Notes under the pieces: model-generated
The model's input: only the letters and a program-made list of their open reading frames with translations
Databases searched by the model: none
What the model was told of the DNA's origin: nothing
Position numbers and translations under genes: made by a program
In this document: positions 1 through 10,065 of the stretch, piece after piece
Layout of the letters: each line of letters opens with the position of its first letter
Position numbering within the stretch: position 1 is the stretch's first letter
Source of the DNA: Burkholderiales bacterium
GTDB taxonomy: Bacteria; Pseudomonadota; Gammaproteobacteria; Burkholderiales; Eutrophovitaceae
DNA: 64,000 nt
NCBI GenBank assembly: GCA_035560005.1
Contig: DATMAN010000057.1
Span: 14,292 to 78,291, forward strand
Reading direction: 5' to 3'

Positions 1-83
1 GGCTGCATCCGGTGAACGGATATGCCTCGCTGTCGGGCATGGACCTGACGCAACGCCTGCTCGAAGAGGTGGCGATCCCCTGA
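1..83 (+). CDS. 3' end of upstream gene, probably MoxR-type AAA ATPase (partial)
   Basis: An open frame runs from the window edge to TGA 81-83 (..LHPVNGYASLSGMDLTQRLLEEVAIP*). It sits directly upstream of the DUF58 and transglutaminase genes, where MoxR ATPases usually lie. Only 27 codons are visible. Confidence 0.3.
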   Translation, partial: LHPVNGYASLSGMDLTQRLLEEVAIP

Positions 84-180
84 TGGCAGCGGATACCTCG
101 GCCGCGCGCGATTGTCGCAGGCTGGGAAAGCGAGGATTGCCGCTGCGGTCGCGCTGCTCGGCAGACGCGCTTGTAATGCG

Positions 181-1194
181 ATGCGCCTGAGCCGCATGCC
201 GCCATCGGGTTTTGCCTCGGGTTCTCGTTCTGCGCTGGCATTGCGCGAGCGCATCGGAGACTGGATTTCTCCGCCAAGAGGCCCGGAATCGGGTCCGGTC
301 GAGCTAACCCAGCGGCGCGTGTACATCCTTCCCACTGGCACCGGAGTGCTGTTCGCCGGGACGCTCGTGCTGATGCTGATCGGTTCGATCAATTACAACC
401 TGAGCCTTGGTTACGGCCTGACGTTTCTGTTGGCGGGGACGGGCGTCGTGACGATGTTGCATACTTGGCGCAATCTTGCCCATGTGCAGCTGCGCCCCGG
501 CAAGTCCATGCCGGTGTTTGCCGGTGATCGGGCGCGCTTCGTCGTGTTCGTGTCGGATCCCGGACGACTGACCCGCATCGGCCTGGCGGTGCAGTTTGCC
601 GGACAGCAAGCCGCTTTCTTCGACCTGCCGGCCGCTGGCGAAACCGCGGTGAGAATTCGATTGCCCGTCACTCGCCGCGGCGTGTACCGGCCGGGACGGT
701 TCCGGATTTTCACGACCTATCCGCTGGGCCTGTTCTACGCGTGGGCCAACGTCGAGCTCGACCTGTTCTGCCTGGTCTATCCAGCACCGGAGGCTGGCGT
801 GGTGCCCCTGCCCGAAGAGCGGGCCGGCGCGGGGCAGGGGGTCGTCAGCACAAGAGGTGAAGAGGACTTCGCCGGATTGCGGCCTTACCACATCGGCGAC
901 TCGACGCGCCGCATCGCCTGGAAGGCCGTGGCACGCAGCGGCATCTTCGTCACCAAGCAGTTCGCGGGATCCGCGGGTGCCGATTTGTGGCTCGACTTGG
1001 CCGACACGCCAGCCAGCCTCGGACTCGAAGCGCGTCTGTCGCGGCTGGCGCGCTGGGTGATCGACGCCGATGCCTGTGGCGCGCGCTACGGCTTGCGCCT
1101 TGCCGGCAAGGAAATCGATCTCGGTGCGGGCGAAGGGCATCGCGCGCACTGCTTGGGCGCGCTCGCGCTGTTTCAGAGCAGCGAACGGGAATGA
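181..1194 (+). CDS. DUF58 domain protein (MoxR-associated, vWA-like)
   Basis: ORF 112-1194. It has two N-terminal TM helices after RRVYILPT and a typical DUF58 core, DFAGLRPYHIGDSTRRIAWKAVARSG. The ATG at 181 is the first in-frame ATG; a TTG at 112 is also possible. Confidence 0.8.
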   Translation: MRLSRMPPSGFASGSRSALALRERIGDWISPPRGPESGPVELTQRRVYILPTGTGVLFAGTLVLMLIGSINYNLSLGYGLTFLLAGTGVVTMLHTWRNLAHVQLRPGKSMPVFAGDRARFVVFVSDPGRLTRIGLAVQFAGQQAAFFDLPAAGETAVRIRLPVTRRGVYRPGRFRIFTTYPLGLFYAWANVELDLFCLVYPAPEAGVVPLPEERAGAGQGVVSTRGEEDFAGLRPYHIGDSTRRIAWKAVARSGIFVTKQFAGSAGADLWLDLADTPASLGLEARLSRLARWVIDADACGARYGLRLAGKEIDLGAGEGHRAHCLGALALFQSSERE

Positions 1195-3143
1195 CGACGA
1201 CGGCTGCGCTGGGTCCGCGCAACCTTGCGGCGATCGTGATCTCGGTGGCGGTGGTCATGGCACCGCACGCGGCCCGCTCGCCGCTCTGGACCAGCGGCTT
1301 GTGTTGCCTAGCACTGGGGCTGCGGGTCTATCTCGGGTGGCGGCGCAAAGCAGCTCCCCGCCGCTGGATCGTCTTGGCGCTCGCGGCGGCGGGCGCGATC
1401 GGCGTGATCCTGTCCTACCGCACTCTGCTCGGGCGCGACTCGGGCGTGACTCTGCTGTTGGTGATGGCTGCGCTGAAGGTCCTTGAAATGCAGCACCCCC
1501 GCGACGTCACGGTGGTGATCGTGTTGAGCTATTTTCTTTCCATCACGAATTTCTTCTACACGCAAAGTATCCCTACAGCGCTCTACACGCTTGCCGCGGT
1601 GTGGCTGGTGACCGCGATGGTGGTAAGCCTGCAGCACCGGGCAGCGCCCGCGCGCCTGGCGTTCGTGGCACGCACCAGCGGCGTGCTGCTGCTCCAGGCG
1701 ACGCCCCTGATGCTGCTGCTCTTCATCCTGTTTCCGCGAGTACAGGGGCCGCTGTGGGGGTTGCCGCAGATTCAAAGCGCAGCGCGCAGCGGGCTGTCGG
1801 ACACGATGTCGCCCGGTACCATCGCCGATCTTTCGCTGTCCGACGAGATTGCGTTTCGCGCCGAATTCCTGACTCCGCCGCCCAACCCGCAGCAACTGTA
1901 CTGGCGCGGCCCGGTCATGTGGGACTACGACGGCCGCACCTGGCGCACGGGGCTGCCGACTTCCCTGTCGTCTCCGCCCCACGAGAAGCGTTCCGCGCCA
2001 ATCAGCTATGCGGTGACGCTGGAACCGCACCAGGAACGCTGGCTCTTTCTGATCGATCTGCCGTCTGGGCTGCCCCCGCGCAGCCTGCTCACGCGCGACT
2101 ATCAGGTGCTGTCCTTTCGCCCGGTGCGCGAGCGCATCCGCTACGAGGCACAATCGGTGCTCGCCTACCGGATCGGTGCAGAGACGCTGCAGGGCGAGTT
2201 GCAGCGCGCGCTGAGTCTGCCCGACCAAGCAGCGCCCGAGGCGCGGGCGCTGGCGCGCGGCTGGCGTGCGGAAAGCAGCGACCCGCGAGCGCTCGTCGAA
2301 CGCGCGCTGCAGATGTTCCGCGATCAGCCCTTCGTCTACACCTTGGCGCCACCTGAGCTGACGAAGGATCCGGTCGATCAGTTTCTGTTCGAGACGCGGC
2401 GTGGGTTCTGCGAGCACTACGCGTCGAGTTTCACGGTGCTGATGCGCGCCGCCGGGGTCCCGGCGCGCGTGGTGACCGGCTATCTCGGCGGAGAACTCAA
2501 TCCGCTGGATGGCTACCTAGTCGTGCGCCAGTCGGAGGCTCACGCTTGGAGTGAAGTGTGGATTCCCGATGAAGGATGGGTGCGCGTCGATCCGACCGCG
2601 GCGGTCTCTCCCCTGCGAATCCAGCAAGGGCTGGCCACGGCCGTGCCGGCCGGCGATCCGTTGCCGCTGTTCAAGCGGGTGCGTGCGGAGTGGCTGCGCA
2701 AGGTGCGCCACACCTGGGATGCGGTCGGAAACAGCTGGAACCAGTGGGTACTCGGCTACAGCCCGGAGCGCCAGAACCGGTTGCTGACCACTATCGGATT
2801 CCCCGACGTGACCTGGCGCGATCTGATTGTCGCGCTCAGCGCGACGACTGGCGCTGTTGTTCTGGCCTTTATGCTGGTCATGTTCCGGCGCTTGCGCACC
2901 GGACGCAGGGATCCGGTCCAGCGGCTCTGGCTGCGGTTCTGCGAACTCATGGCGGCGCGCGGGCTGCCGCGCGGGCCGGCCGAGGGGCCGCGCGATTTCG
3001 CGCAGCGTCTTGCTGGGTCGCTGCCGCATTTGCGCGAGCGGATCGAGCAGATCGCGGCGCTGTATATCACGCTGCGCTACGGGCGCGAGCCGGACTCCGG
3101 TCAGCTCGCCCGCCTGCGCGGTCTCATCGGCGCACTGGGTTAA
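1191..3143 (+). CDS. Transglutaminase-like membrane protein (TgpA-type, DUF3488/TGase core/DUF4129)
   Basis: Multi-TM N-terminus, then the TGase core motif RRGFCEHYASSF..RVVTGY..HAWSEVW (Cys-His-Asp type), then a C-terminal TM helix and tail. The ATG at 1191 overlaps the DUF58 stop (ATGA). Confidence 0.85.
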   Translation: MTTTAALGPRNLAAIVISVAVVMAPHAARSPLWTSGLCCLALGLRVYLGWRRKAAPRRWIVLALAAAGAIGVILSYRTLLGRDSGVTLLLVMAALKVLEMQHPRDVTVVIVLSYFLSITNFFYTQSIPTALYTLAAVWLVTAMVVSLQHRAAPARLAFVARTSGVLLLQATPLMLLLFILFPRVQGPLWGLPQIQSAARSGLSDTMSPGTIADLSLSDEIAFRAEFLTPPPNPQQLYWRGPVMWDYDGRTWRTGLPTSLSSPPHEKRSAPISYAVTLEPHQERWLFLIDLPSGLPPRSLLTRDYQVLSFRPVRERIRYEAQSVLAYRIGAETLQGELQRALSLPDQAAPEARALARGWRAESSDPRALVERALQMFRDQPFVYTLAPPELTKDPVDQFLFETRRGFCEHYASSFTVLMRAAGVPARVVTGYLGGELNPLDGYLVVRQSEAHAWSEVWIPDEGWVRVDPTAAVSPLRIQQGLATAVPAGDPLPLFKRVRAEWLRKVRHTWDAVGNSWNQWVLGYSPERQNRLLTTIGFPDVTWRDLIVALSATTGAVVLAFMLVMFRRLRTGRRDPVQRLWLRFCELMAARGLPRGPAEGPRDFAQRLAGSLPHLRERIEQIAALYITLRYGREPDSGQLARLRGLIGALG

Positions 3144-3196
3144 ATCCGCACTTTGCTGCAGCAAGCGGGCCGCCGCGCGCCGCCAACCGATCCGCC

Positions 3197-4120
3197 CTAG
3201 AGCAGCGTTTCGCGCGACATGCCCGCGCGGCGCAGGATCTTGCGCAGCGAAGCGAGCGCCTCGATCTGAATCTGGCGTACCCGCTCGCGGGTCAGGTTAA
3301 GGTTGCGTGCCAGCTGCTCCAGGGTCTGGATGTCGGAGCCATTCAGGCCATAGCGGCGCTCGATCACGTTGCGGTGGCGCTCGGAGAGCTGCGACAGCCA
3401 TTGGCGCACGTAGCCGGCGATCTCTGCGGCCTCCAGCCGGACTTCCGGCGCTGGCGTGGTCTCGTCGGCGATAGACTCGCCGATCGAGAGCATGGGATCA
3501 ATTTCCAGCGGCGCATCGAGCGAGGTCATGCGCTCGTTGAGCGCGAGCAGCCGCCGTACGTCCTCCACGGTATATCCGAGCAGATGCGCCACGTCCTCGG
3601 GCGAAGGTTCGCGCTCGGAGTGGGTTTCGAGATGGCGCATCGCGCGCAGCACGGTGTTGAGTTCCTTGATCACGTGCACCGGCAGGCGGATGGTGCGCGA
3701 TTGATACATGATCGCCCGTTCGATCGACTGCCTGATCCACCAGGTCGCATACGTGGAAAAGCGGAATCCGCGGTCCGGGTCGAACTTCTCCAGCGCATGG
3801 ATCAGGCCGAGATTGCCTTCCTCGATGAGATCGAGGAGCTGCAGTCCTCGGCCGCTGTAGTGCTTGGCGATGTTGACCACCAGCCGCAGGTTGTGTTCGA
3901 TCATCTTCTGCCGGGCCAGGAAGTCGCCCTGCTTCGCCAGCCTGGCATAGGTTTGTTCTTGATGTGCGGTCAGCAGCTCGTTCTGACCGATGTCGTTGAA
4001 ATAGAGCTGGGTGACGTCGCTCAACAGGTCGGCATTGAGGAAATCGTCGCCGCTGTTGTCCTCGGACGGCGCCGATGGCTCGCTTTCTTCTTCCTGCGCC
4101 GGCAGGTATTCCTCGTTCAT
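3197..4120 (-). CDS. rpoS: RNA polymerase sigma factor RpoS
   Basis: Regions 1.2 to 4 are clear: [61 protein letters not shown]. It sits downstream of nlpD as in the canonical surE-pcm-nlpD-rpoS cluster. The start MNEEY overlaps the nlpD stop. Confidence 0.95.
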   Translation of the reverse strand: MNEEYLPAQEEESEPSAPSEDNSGDDFLNADLLSDVTQLYFNDIGQNELLTAHQEQTYARLAKQGDFLARQKMIEHNLRLVVNIAKHYSGRGLQLLDLIEEGNLGLIHALEKFDPDRGFRFSTYATWWIRQSIERAIMYQSRTIRLPVHVIKELNTVLRAMRHLETHSEREPSPEDVAHLLGYTVEDVRRLLALNERMTSLDAPLEIDPMLSIGESIADETTPAPEVRLEAAEIAGYVRQWLSQLSERHRNVIERRYGLNGSDIQTLEQLARNLNLTRERVRQIQIEALASLRKILRRAGMSRETLL

Positions 4121-5325
4121 GAACTCTTTTCGGGCAAGTATTTCAGCGGATCGATGGGCTTGCCCAGCCGTCTGATCTCGAAATGCAAGCCCACCCGGTC
4201 GCTGTCGCTGTCGCCCATCTCTGCAATCTTCTGCCCCTGCGCAACCGTCTGCCCTTCCCTCACTAGCAGCTGGCTGTTGTGCGCATACACGCTCAAGTAG
4301 CTTGCGTTGTGCTTGATGATGATAAGTTTGCCGTACCCCCGCAGTCCACTGCCGCTGTAGACGACCCTGCCCGGAGCGCTTGCCAGCACCGGCTGCCCGA
4401 TGGCACCGTCGATGCCGATGCCCTTGAAGTTCGGTCCTTCGCCGAACCCGTACAGCAGGCGGCCGTTGGTCGGCCATTCCCAGGTAAGCCGCTCGTCCGC
4501 AAGGTCGCTCATGCCGGCTTGTACAGATCTTGGGGCGCTTGCCGCCGGTTTCGGCGCCGCCGCCGCGGGTGGTGGCGAAGGCGGTGCCGCCGCGGTAGTC
4601 GGCGTGCGTCTGTGCACGGCGCTGCCGTACTGAGTAAGTTCGGCCAGCGCCTGCTCCGAGTAAGCCATGCGCCTGGCTTTAGGTTCGGTCAACGTAGGCA
4701 CTGGCGGCGGTGCGGGCACCTTGGCGGGCGCGATCGTCGCGGGCGGCAGCGCAACCGGCTCGGGCGTCGCCAGGACGGCGGAATCGCCCGGAGGAAACAG
4801 CCGCAGGCGCTGGCCGACCTGAATGTAGGCAGGATCGGAGAGATCGTTCCAGGCGGCGAGATCGCGGTAATCGTGGCCATGGTCCAGCGCGATGCTGTAG
4901 AGCGTGTCGCCGCGCTTGACCGCGTAGTATTCAGGCCGCCAGTCGCCCTCGCGATACGGACGAATGGCCGGCGCATCGGCCTCCACCTCCTTTGGCGCCG
5001 AGGTCGGTGCCGCGGCGCGAACCGCAGGCGCCGGTTCCGGCGCTCCTACAGGTGCGGCCACCGGAGACCCGACCGGCTTGTCGAGGGAAGCGGTCGGCTT
5101 CGGTGGGAAGTCGCGCGCGGGCAGCGGTGGTCTGGGTGGCTCTACCGCTTTTGCTGCGCTAGCCGTCGTTGAAGGCGCCGGCGCGGGCCCGGCAGAGGGC
5201 ATGGATGGCCCTGATGCGCTGCCCGTGCCACTGGGCGAGCGATCGATGATCGGTGCCGGCACATCGGTTGAGGCGCACCCTGCCAGGACCGCAAGGCCGC
5301 AGAGCGCTATCCCGATACGTATCAT
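4117..5325 (-). CDS. nlpD: Murein hydrolase activator lipoprotein NlpD (LysM + M23 peptidase domain)
   Basis: Lipobox LAGC, a Pro/Ala-rich linker, a LysM motif ([24 protein letters not shown]) and a C-terminal M23 domain ([23 protein letters not shown]). Confidence 0.9.
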   Translation of the reverse strand: MIRIGIALCGLAVLAGCASTDVPAPIIDRSPSGTGSASGPSMPSAGPAPAPSTTASAAKAVEPPRPPLPARDFPPKPTASLDKPVGSPVAAPVGAPEPAPAVRAAAPTSAPKEVEADAPAIRPYREGDWRPEYYAVKRGDTLYSIALDHGHDYRDLAAWNDLSDPAYIQVGQRLRLFPPGDSAVLATPEPVALPPATIAPAKVPAPPPVPTLTEPKARRMAYSEQALAELTQYGSAVHRRTPTTAAAPPSPPPAAAAPKPAASAPRSVQAGMSDLADERLTWEWPTNGRLLYGFGEGPNFKGIGIDGAIGQPVLASAPGRVVYSGSGLRGYGKLIIIKHNASYLSVYAHNSQLLVREGQTVAQGQKIAEMGDSDSDRVGLHFEIRRLGKPIDPLKYLPEKSS

Positions 5326-5981
5326 GCCGATACTCCACCCAGCAGCGGAACGAACTTCACCTCATCCAGCGTAGACTGCTCCACCCCAGCCGCGGTGCGG
5401 GCAATCAGCATCAGTCTTTGTTCGCGCGTGCCGAGCGGCAGAACCAGACGGCCGCCCTCCGCGAGCTGTTCGGTGAGCGCTTCGGGAACGTGGCTGGCCG
5501 CCGCGGACATGATGATCGCGTCGAAAGGCGCTGCTTCCTTCAGTCCCCGGTGGCCGTCGGTGTGTTTCAGTCTGACGTTACGGCAATTCAGCTCGCGGAG
5601 GCGCGTCCGCGCCTTGGCGATAAGGCCCGCGATGCGCTCGACAGAATAGACTTCCCGTGCCAACCGCGACAGGATCGCGGCCTGGTAGCCGCACCCGGTG
5701 CCGATCTCCAGTACACGCCCGAGTGGACGTCCGGCGCGGGCCAACTCGCACATGCGCGCCACGGTAAACGGGTGAGAAATGGTCTGGCCGAAGCCGATCG
5801 GAAGTGCGACATCGTCGTAGGCACGACTCGCGAGGGCTTCATCCACGAAGATGTGGCGCGGCACGTCGGACATCGCGCCGAGCACGACTTCGTCGCGAAT
5901 CCCCTCCGTGCGCAACCGTTCGACCATGCGCAGGCGAGTGCGCTGCGAAGTCATCCCGATCCCGGACAGACGCGAGCTCAT
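5322..5981 (-). CDS. pcm: Protein-L-isoaspartate O-methyltransferase
   Basis: [57 protein letters not shown] is classical Pcm. The longer 336-aa ORF upstream extension lies inside surE and is rejected. Confidence 0.93.
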   Translation of the reverse strand: MSSRLSGIGMTSQRTRLRMVERLRTEGIRDEVVLGAMSDVPRHIFVDEALASRAYDDVALPIGFGQTISHPFTVARMCELARAGRPLGRVLEIGTGCGYQAAILSRLAREVYSVERIAGLIAKARTRLRELNCRNVRLKHTDGHRGLKEAAPFDAIIMSAAASHVPEALTEQLAEGGRLVLPLGTREQRLMLIARTAAGVEQSTLDEVKFVPLLGGVSA

Positions 5982-6748
5982 GGCACCAGCGCCGTCTCGC
6001 TTTGCGTGGCCTGTAGCCATTGCCGCACAGCGTCCAGACTGGCGTACTGCGTCAGATCGATCTGCAGCGGCGTGATCGACACCCGGCTCTCGGCGAGCGC
6101 GTGAAAGTCCGTGCCCTGCCCCGCATCCTGCGCATCGCCCGCCGCGCCGATCCAGTACACCGTTTCTCCACGCGGGTTCTTGGCCCTGATGACGCCCTCG
6201 GCTTTGTGGCGCCTGCCCAAGCGGGTAACCTCCACTCCGCGCAGGGCTTCGACAGGAACATCGGGAACATTCACGTTGAGCAGCACGGGGGTGGGGATCG
6301 GGTGCTGCCGAAAGCGTCGAATCAGGTCGCACGCTACGCGCGCCGCGCTCGCGTAGTTGCCGCCCTGCTTGCTGGCCAGGGATATAGCGAGTGAGGGGAT
6401 ACCGAGAAGAAAGCCTTCAGTCGCGGCCGCCACGGTCCCGGAGTAGATCGTGTCGTCTCCCATGTTCGCACCGTGATTGATGCCGGAGATCACCATGTCG
6501 GGGGGCGCTTCCAGCATTCCGGTCACGGCCAGGTGTACGCAGTCGGTGGGCGTGCCGTTGACATAGTAGAAGCCGGTATGGGCGCGCTTGACCTGCAGCG
6601 GGCGGTCGAGCGTGAGCGAATTACTGGCACCGCTGCGGTCGCGTTCCGGAGCGACGACCACGACATCAGCGAGCTTGGACACGGCTTCGGCCAGGATGGC
6701 GAGGCCTGGCGCGAAATACCCGTCATCATTGCTCAGCAAGATTCGCAT
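5978..6748 (-). CDS. surE: 5'/3'-nucleotidase SurE
   Basis: [38 protein letters not shown] is the SurE signature. Its stop overlaps the pcm start (ATGA). Confidence 0.95.
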   Translation of the reverse strand: MRILLSNDDGYFAPGLAILAEAVSKLADVVVVAPERDRSGASNSLTLDRPLQVKRAHTGFYYVNGTPTDCVHLAVTGMLEAPPDMVISGINHGANMGDDTIYSGTVAAATEGFLLGIPSLAISLASKQGGNYASAARVACDLIRRFRQHPIPTPVLLNVNVPDVPVEALRGVEVTRLGRRHKAEGVIRAKNPRGETVYWIGAAGDAQDAGQGTDFHALAESRVSITPLQIDLTQYASLDAVRQWLQATQSETALVP

Positions 6749-6856
6749 GTCGGGGAGGTGCGGAAGATGCGAGATCGAATGACGGAACCGGAAAGATCTC
6801 CTTCCACCCGTCCACTCTGTTCAGGTATTGGCTTCCTCGTGTTTGCGCCGGAGGAC

Positions 6857-6933
6857 TGGTCGGGGCGGCGAGATTCGAACTCGCGACCACCTGCACCCCA
6901 TGCAGGTACGCTACCAGGCTGCGCTACGCCCCG
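6857..6933 (-). tRNA. tRNA-Pro (anticodon GGG)
   Basis: The reverse complement folds by hand into a cloverleaf: acceptor CGGGGCG/CGCCCCG, anticodon stem CCTGC/GCAGG with loop ATGGGGT, T arm GCGAG-TTCGAAT-CTCGC, and an encoded CCA. Confidence 0.9.
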
Positions 6934-6984
6934 TGACGGCTTGCGATTATATCAGCCGCAGTCCAGCGTTCGCGCGCAGGGTGC

Positions 6985-7371
6985 TCAGCTGCCCAGCAGC
7001 TCGATCACGCTCTGGATTTCCTTGCGCAGCTGCGCGGGTGAGAGCTTCAGGGAAGCGCCCGGCTTGTCGTCGCCGGCGCTCTGGTCGAGCCGCGCGCGCG
7101 CGCCGCTGATGGTGAAACCCTGCTCATAGAGCAACTCGCGGATCCTGCGGATGAGCAGCACTTCGTGATGCTGATAGTAACGGCGGTTGCCGCGCCGCTT
7201 GACCGGCTTGAGCTGCGTGAATTCCTGCTCCCAGTAACGGAGAACATGGGGCTTGACGCCGCACAACTCGCTGACTTCACCAATGGTGAAGTAGCGCTTG
7301 GCCGGGATCGGCGGCAGCTGCGTCTTACGGCTGCTGCTGTTGCTGTGACTGCTGCTGGTGCTGCTCTCCAT
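6985..7371 (-). CDS. MerR family transcriptional regulator (the small MerR gene that follows ihfA)
   Basis: MerR HTH: [34 protein letters not shown]. The only in-frame ATG gives a Ser-rich N-terminus that overlaps the ihfA 3' end by 47 nt. Confidence 0.8.
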   Translation of the reverse strand: MESSTSSSHSNSSSRKTQLPPIPAKRYFTIGEVSELCGVKPHVLRYWEQEFTQLKPVKRRGNRRYYQHHEVLLIRRIRELLYEQGFTISGARARLDQSAGDDKPGASLKLSPAQLRKEIQSVIELLGS

Positions 7372-7657
7372 GGTAATTCTTCTCTACCATCGCCTTGAGT
7401 TTCTGGCTGGCATGAAACGTCACGACGCGCCGCGCCGTGATCGGAATTTCCTCCCCGGTCTTGGGGTTGCGTCCGGGGCGCTGCGGTTTGTCCCTCAGTT
7501 GAAAATTGCCAAAGCCGGACAGCTTGACGCCTTCTCCGCGCTCCAGCGCCTGGCGCACCTCCTCGAAGAAGGATTCAACCATGTCTTTGGCTTCGCGCTT
7601 GTTCAGCCCGACCTTTTCAAATAGAAGATCGGCCAAGTCGGCTTTGGTGAGCGTCAT
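7325..7657 (-). CDS. ihfA: Integration host factor alpha subunit
   Basis: [60 protein letters not shown] is IHF-alpha. It has an unusual Gln-rich C-terminal tail. Confidence 0.93.
   Translation of the reverse strand: MTLTKADLADLLFEKVGLNKREAKDMVESFFEEVRQALERGEGVKLSGFGNFQLRDKPQRPGRNPKTGEEIPITARRVVTFHASQKLKAMVEKNYHGEQHQQQSQQQQQP
7331..7366. repeat. Imperfect CTG/CAG trinucleotide tract (12 triplets)
   Basis: ctgctgctgttgctgtgactgctgctggtgctgctc read directly. It encodes the Q-rich IHF-alpha tail in one frame and the S-rich MerR N-terminus in another. Confidence 0.85.
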
Positions 7658-7666
7658 GGTTTCCCC

Positions 7667-10063
7667 TTAATGCCTGAGCTTTGCTCCGTATTGTTGCTCC
7701 AGGACTTCAAGTAGACCCGCAACCGCGGCGTCCACCTCCGCGTCGGTGAGAGTTTTTTGAGTATCTTGCAATAACACCCGGAAAGCAAGACTTTTTTTCC
7801 CTGGACCGACACCTTTCCCGCGGTACATGTCGAACAGCGAAATGCTCTCTACGATCGCTGTTCTGCGCGCCTGCATGGCATCCAGAAGAGCCTGGACCGG
7901 GTAGCGCTCATCCACCTCCACTGCGAGATCGCGGCGCACCGGAGGGAACTTGGAGACTTCCCGGTAACGCGGAACCGGCTGATGTTGCGCCGCCTCAGCT
8001 TCGACCTCGAAGACCACCGCGGGCGCGGGAAGCTCGTACTTCTGGACCCAACGGGGATGAAGTTCCCCGATCCATCCGGCGGCATGTCCATCGAGCAGCA
8101 CGCGCGCGCAACGCCCCGGATGAAACGCCGGATGGGTCCCAGACTCGAAGCGTGCTTTTCGCGGCGCCAACATCGCTTCCAGGTCCGCCTTGACGTCGTA
8201 AAAATCGACCGGCCGCTCCGCCTCGCCCCATTGCGCCTCCAGCGCGGGACCCAGAGCCGCCGCCGCCACCCGCAGCGGCTGGCGCAGTCCCGCGACCTTC
8301 AACGGCCCGTCGCCGCTTCCAGGATCCCGAAGGAACACGCGCCCGATTTCGAAGATCCTGACGCGCGGCAGCTTGCGCGCCACGTTGTATCGGAGCGCAT
8401 TGACCAGGGATCCGATCAGGGATGAGCGCATGACCGACAGCTGGCTGGCGATCGGGTTGAGGACCCTGATCGGATGGTCCTCGCCGGCAAAATCGCGTTC
8501 CCACTGCGCATCGACGAAGCTGAAATTGATGACTTCCTGGTAGTCGCATGCCGCCAGGCGCTCGCGCAAGGCGTGCAGGGGCAGCTGCGCCTCCGCCGTG
8601 GCGCGCATGCGTGCCTGGCCTCGCGGGGGTTGTGCCGGGATCCGTTCAAAGCCGTAGACGCGCGCGATCTCTTCGATGAGATCCTCCTCGATTTCCAGAT
8701 CAAAACGGTAGGATGGCGGGGTCACCGCAAACACGTCGTCCTGGACCGTGAATGGCAGCGAAAGCCGCTCGAAGATGTCAGCCGCCTCCTGGCGCGAGAC
8801 CGCTATGCCGAGCACCTTTCGGGCGCGCTCCAGCCGCATGCGCACTGGCAGCCGTTCAGGCAGGCTAGCGACCTGATCAACGACCGGCCCGGGCTCTCCT
8901 CCGCAGATCTCCAGGATCAGCCGCGTGGCCCGCTCGATTCCGTCGACGTTGCTGCGGAAATCCACACCGCGCTCAAAGCGGTGCGAGGCGTCGCTTGCCA
9001 GGTTCCAGCGCCGCGCGCGACCGGCGATCGCCGCAGGGTAAAAGAACGCCGCCTCGAGGAATACGTGCACGGTATCCAGATCCGCCTTGGTGGACTCACC
9101 GCCCATGATTCCGGCCAGGCCGATCACCCCGGAGGAGTCGGCGATGCAGAGCACCGACTCGTCGAGCTCCACCTCCTGCTCGTTGAGCAACCGCACCCGC
9201 TCGCCGCGCTGCCCGAAGCGTACGTCGATCGGTCCCTCGAGCTTATCCAGGTCGTAGACGTGCAAGGGCCGGCCCAGCTCCAGCATGACGTAGTTGGTGA
9301 CGTCCACCAAGGCCGAAATGCTGCGCTGACCGGCTCGCTCCAAGCGCTGCCGCATCCAGATTGGCGTCGCGGCCCGGGCATTGACGTTGCGGATGACGCG
9401 TCCGGTGAAACGGCCGCAGCCTTGCGGATGGGTGATGCGTACCGGATGCGCCCAGTGGCCAACAGCCGGCACCGGCGAGATCACCGGCGGCGCGAGCCTG
9501 CAGCGGCTCAGCGCCGCCAGCTCGCGCGCCACTCCCAGCACGCTCAGGCAATCGGCGCGATTGGGCGTTAGCTTGATGGTGAGCACGCGGTCGTCCAGCA
9601 CCAGCACCTCACGCAGGTTTCGCCCTACCGGAGCCTCTTCGGGCAGTTCGAGCAAGCCCGCATGATCTTCCGACAGCCCCAGCTCGCGGGCCGAACACAG
9701 CATCCCGGTGCTTTCCAGACCACGGACTTTGGTGGTCTCGATCCGGATCGGCTGGCCCCCTGCGCCCGGCAGTAGAGCGCCCACCACCGCCAAGGGCGCC
9801 TTCATTCCCGGCCGGACGTTTGGCGCCCCGCACACCACCGTCACGCAGCGAACGCCGTCATCGACTTGGCACACCGTCAGCTTGTCGGCGTTCGGGTGCT
9901 TGTCGACCGAGACGACTTTCGCCACGACTACGCCCGAGAAGTCAGGCGCAACCGGCTCGATCGATTCCACCTCGAGGCCCGACATCGTGAGCAGATGCGC
10001 GACCTGCGCAGTCGAGAGCGGCGGATCGACCATGCTTCGCAGCCAGCTTTCAGGTACCTGCAT
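7667..10063 (-). CDS. pheT: Phenylalanine-tRNA ligase beta subunit
   Basis: 798 aa with an N-terminal tRNA-binding domain, B3/4, B5 and a C-terminal FDX-ACB domain. It lies immediately downstream of pheS. Confidence 0.97.
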   Translation of the reverse strand: MQVPESWLRSMVDPPLSTAQVAHLLTMSGLEVESIEPVAPDFSGVVVAKVVSVDKHPNADKLTVCQVDDGVRCVTVVCGAPNVRPGMKAPLAVVGALLPGAGGQPIRIETTKVRGLESTGMLCSARELGLSEDHAGLLELPEEAPVGRNLREVLVLDDRVLTIKLTPNRADCLSVLGVARELAALSRCRLAPPVISPVPAVGHWAHPVRITHPQGCGRFTGRVIRNVNARAATPIWMRQRLERAGQRSISALVDVTNYVMLELGRPLHVYDLDKLEGPIDVRFGQRGERVRLLNEQEVELDESVLCIADSSGVIGLAGIMGGESTKADLDTVHVFLEAAFFYPAAIAGRARRWNLASDASHRFERGVDFRSNVDGIERATRLILEICGGEPGPVVDQVASLPERLPVRMRLERARKVLGIAVSRQEAADIFERLSLPFTVQDDVFAVTPPSYRFDLEIEEDLIEEIARVYGFERIPAQPPRGQARMRATAEAQLPLHALRERLAACDYQEVINFSFVDAQWERDFAGEDHPIRVLNPIASQLSVMRSSLIGSLVNALRYNVARKLPRVRIFEIGRVFLRDPGSGDGPLKVAGLRQPLRVAAAALGPALEAQWGEAERPVDFYDVKADLEAMLAPRKARFESGTHPAFHPGRCARVLLDGHAAGWIGELHPRWVQKYELPAPAVVFEVEAEAAQHQPVPRYREVSKFPPVRRDLAVEVDERYPVQALLDAMQARRTAIVESISLFDMYRGKGVGPGKKSLAFRVLLQDTQKTLTDAEVDAAVAGLLEVLEQQYGAKLRH

Positions 10064-10065
10064 GG

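Noticed and set aside
3144-3196. A TTGCTGCAGCAA palindrome between the convergent tgpA-like and rpoS genes, considered as a possible bidirectional terminator.
   Set aside because: The stem is short and interrupted, and there is no U tract on either strand. That is too weak to call.
4121-4477. Upstream extensions of the rpoS ORF (to 4477) and of the pcm ORF (5982-6332).
   Set aside because: The extensions lie inside nlpD and surE respectively and have non-protein-like composition. The conserved N-termini start at the ATGA overlaps.
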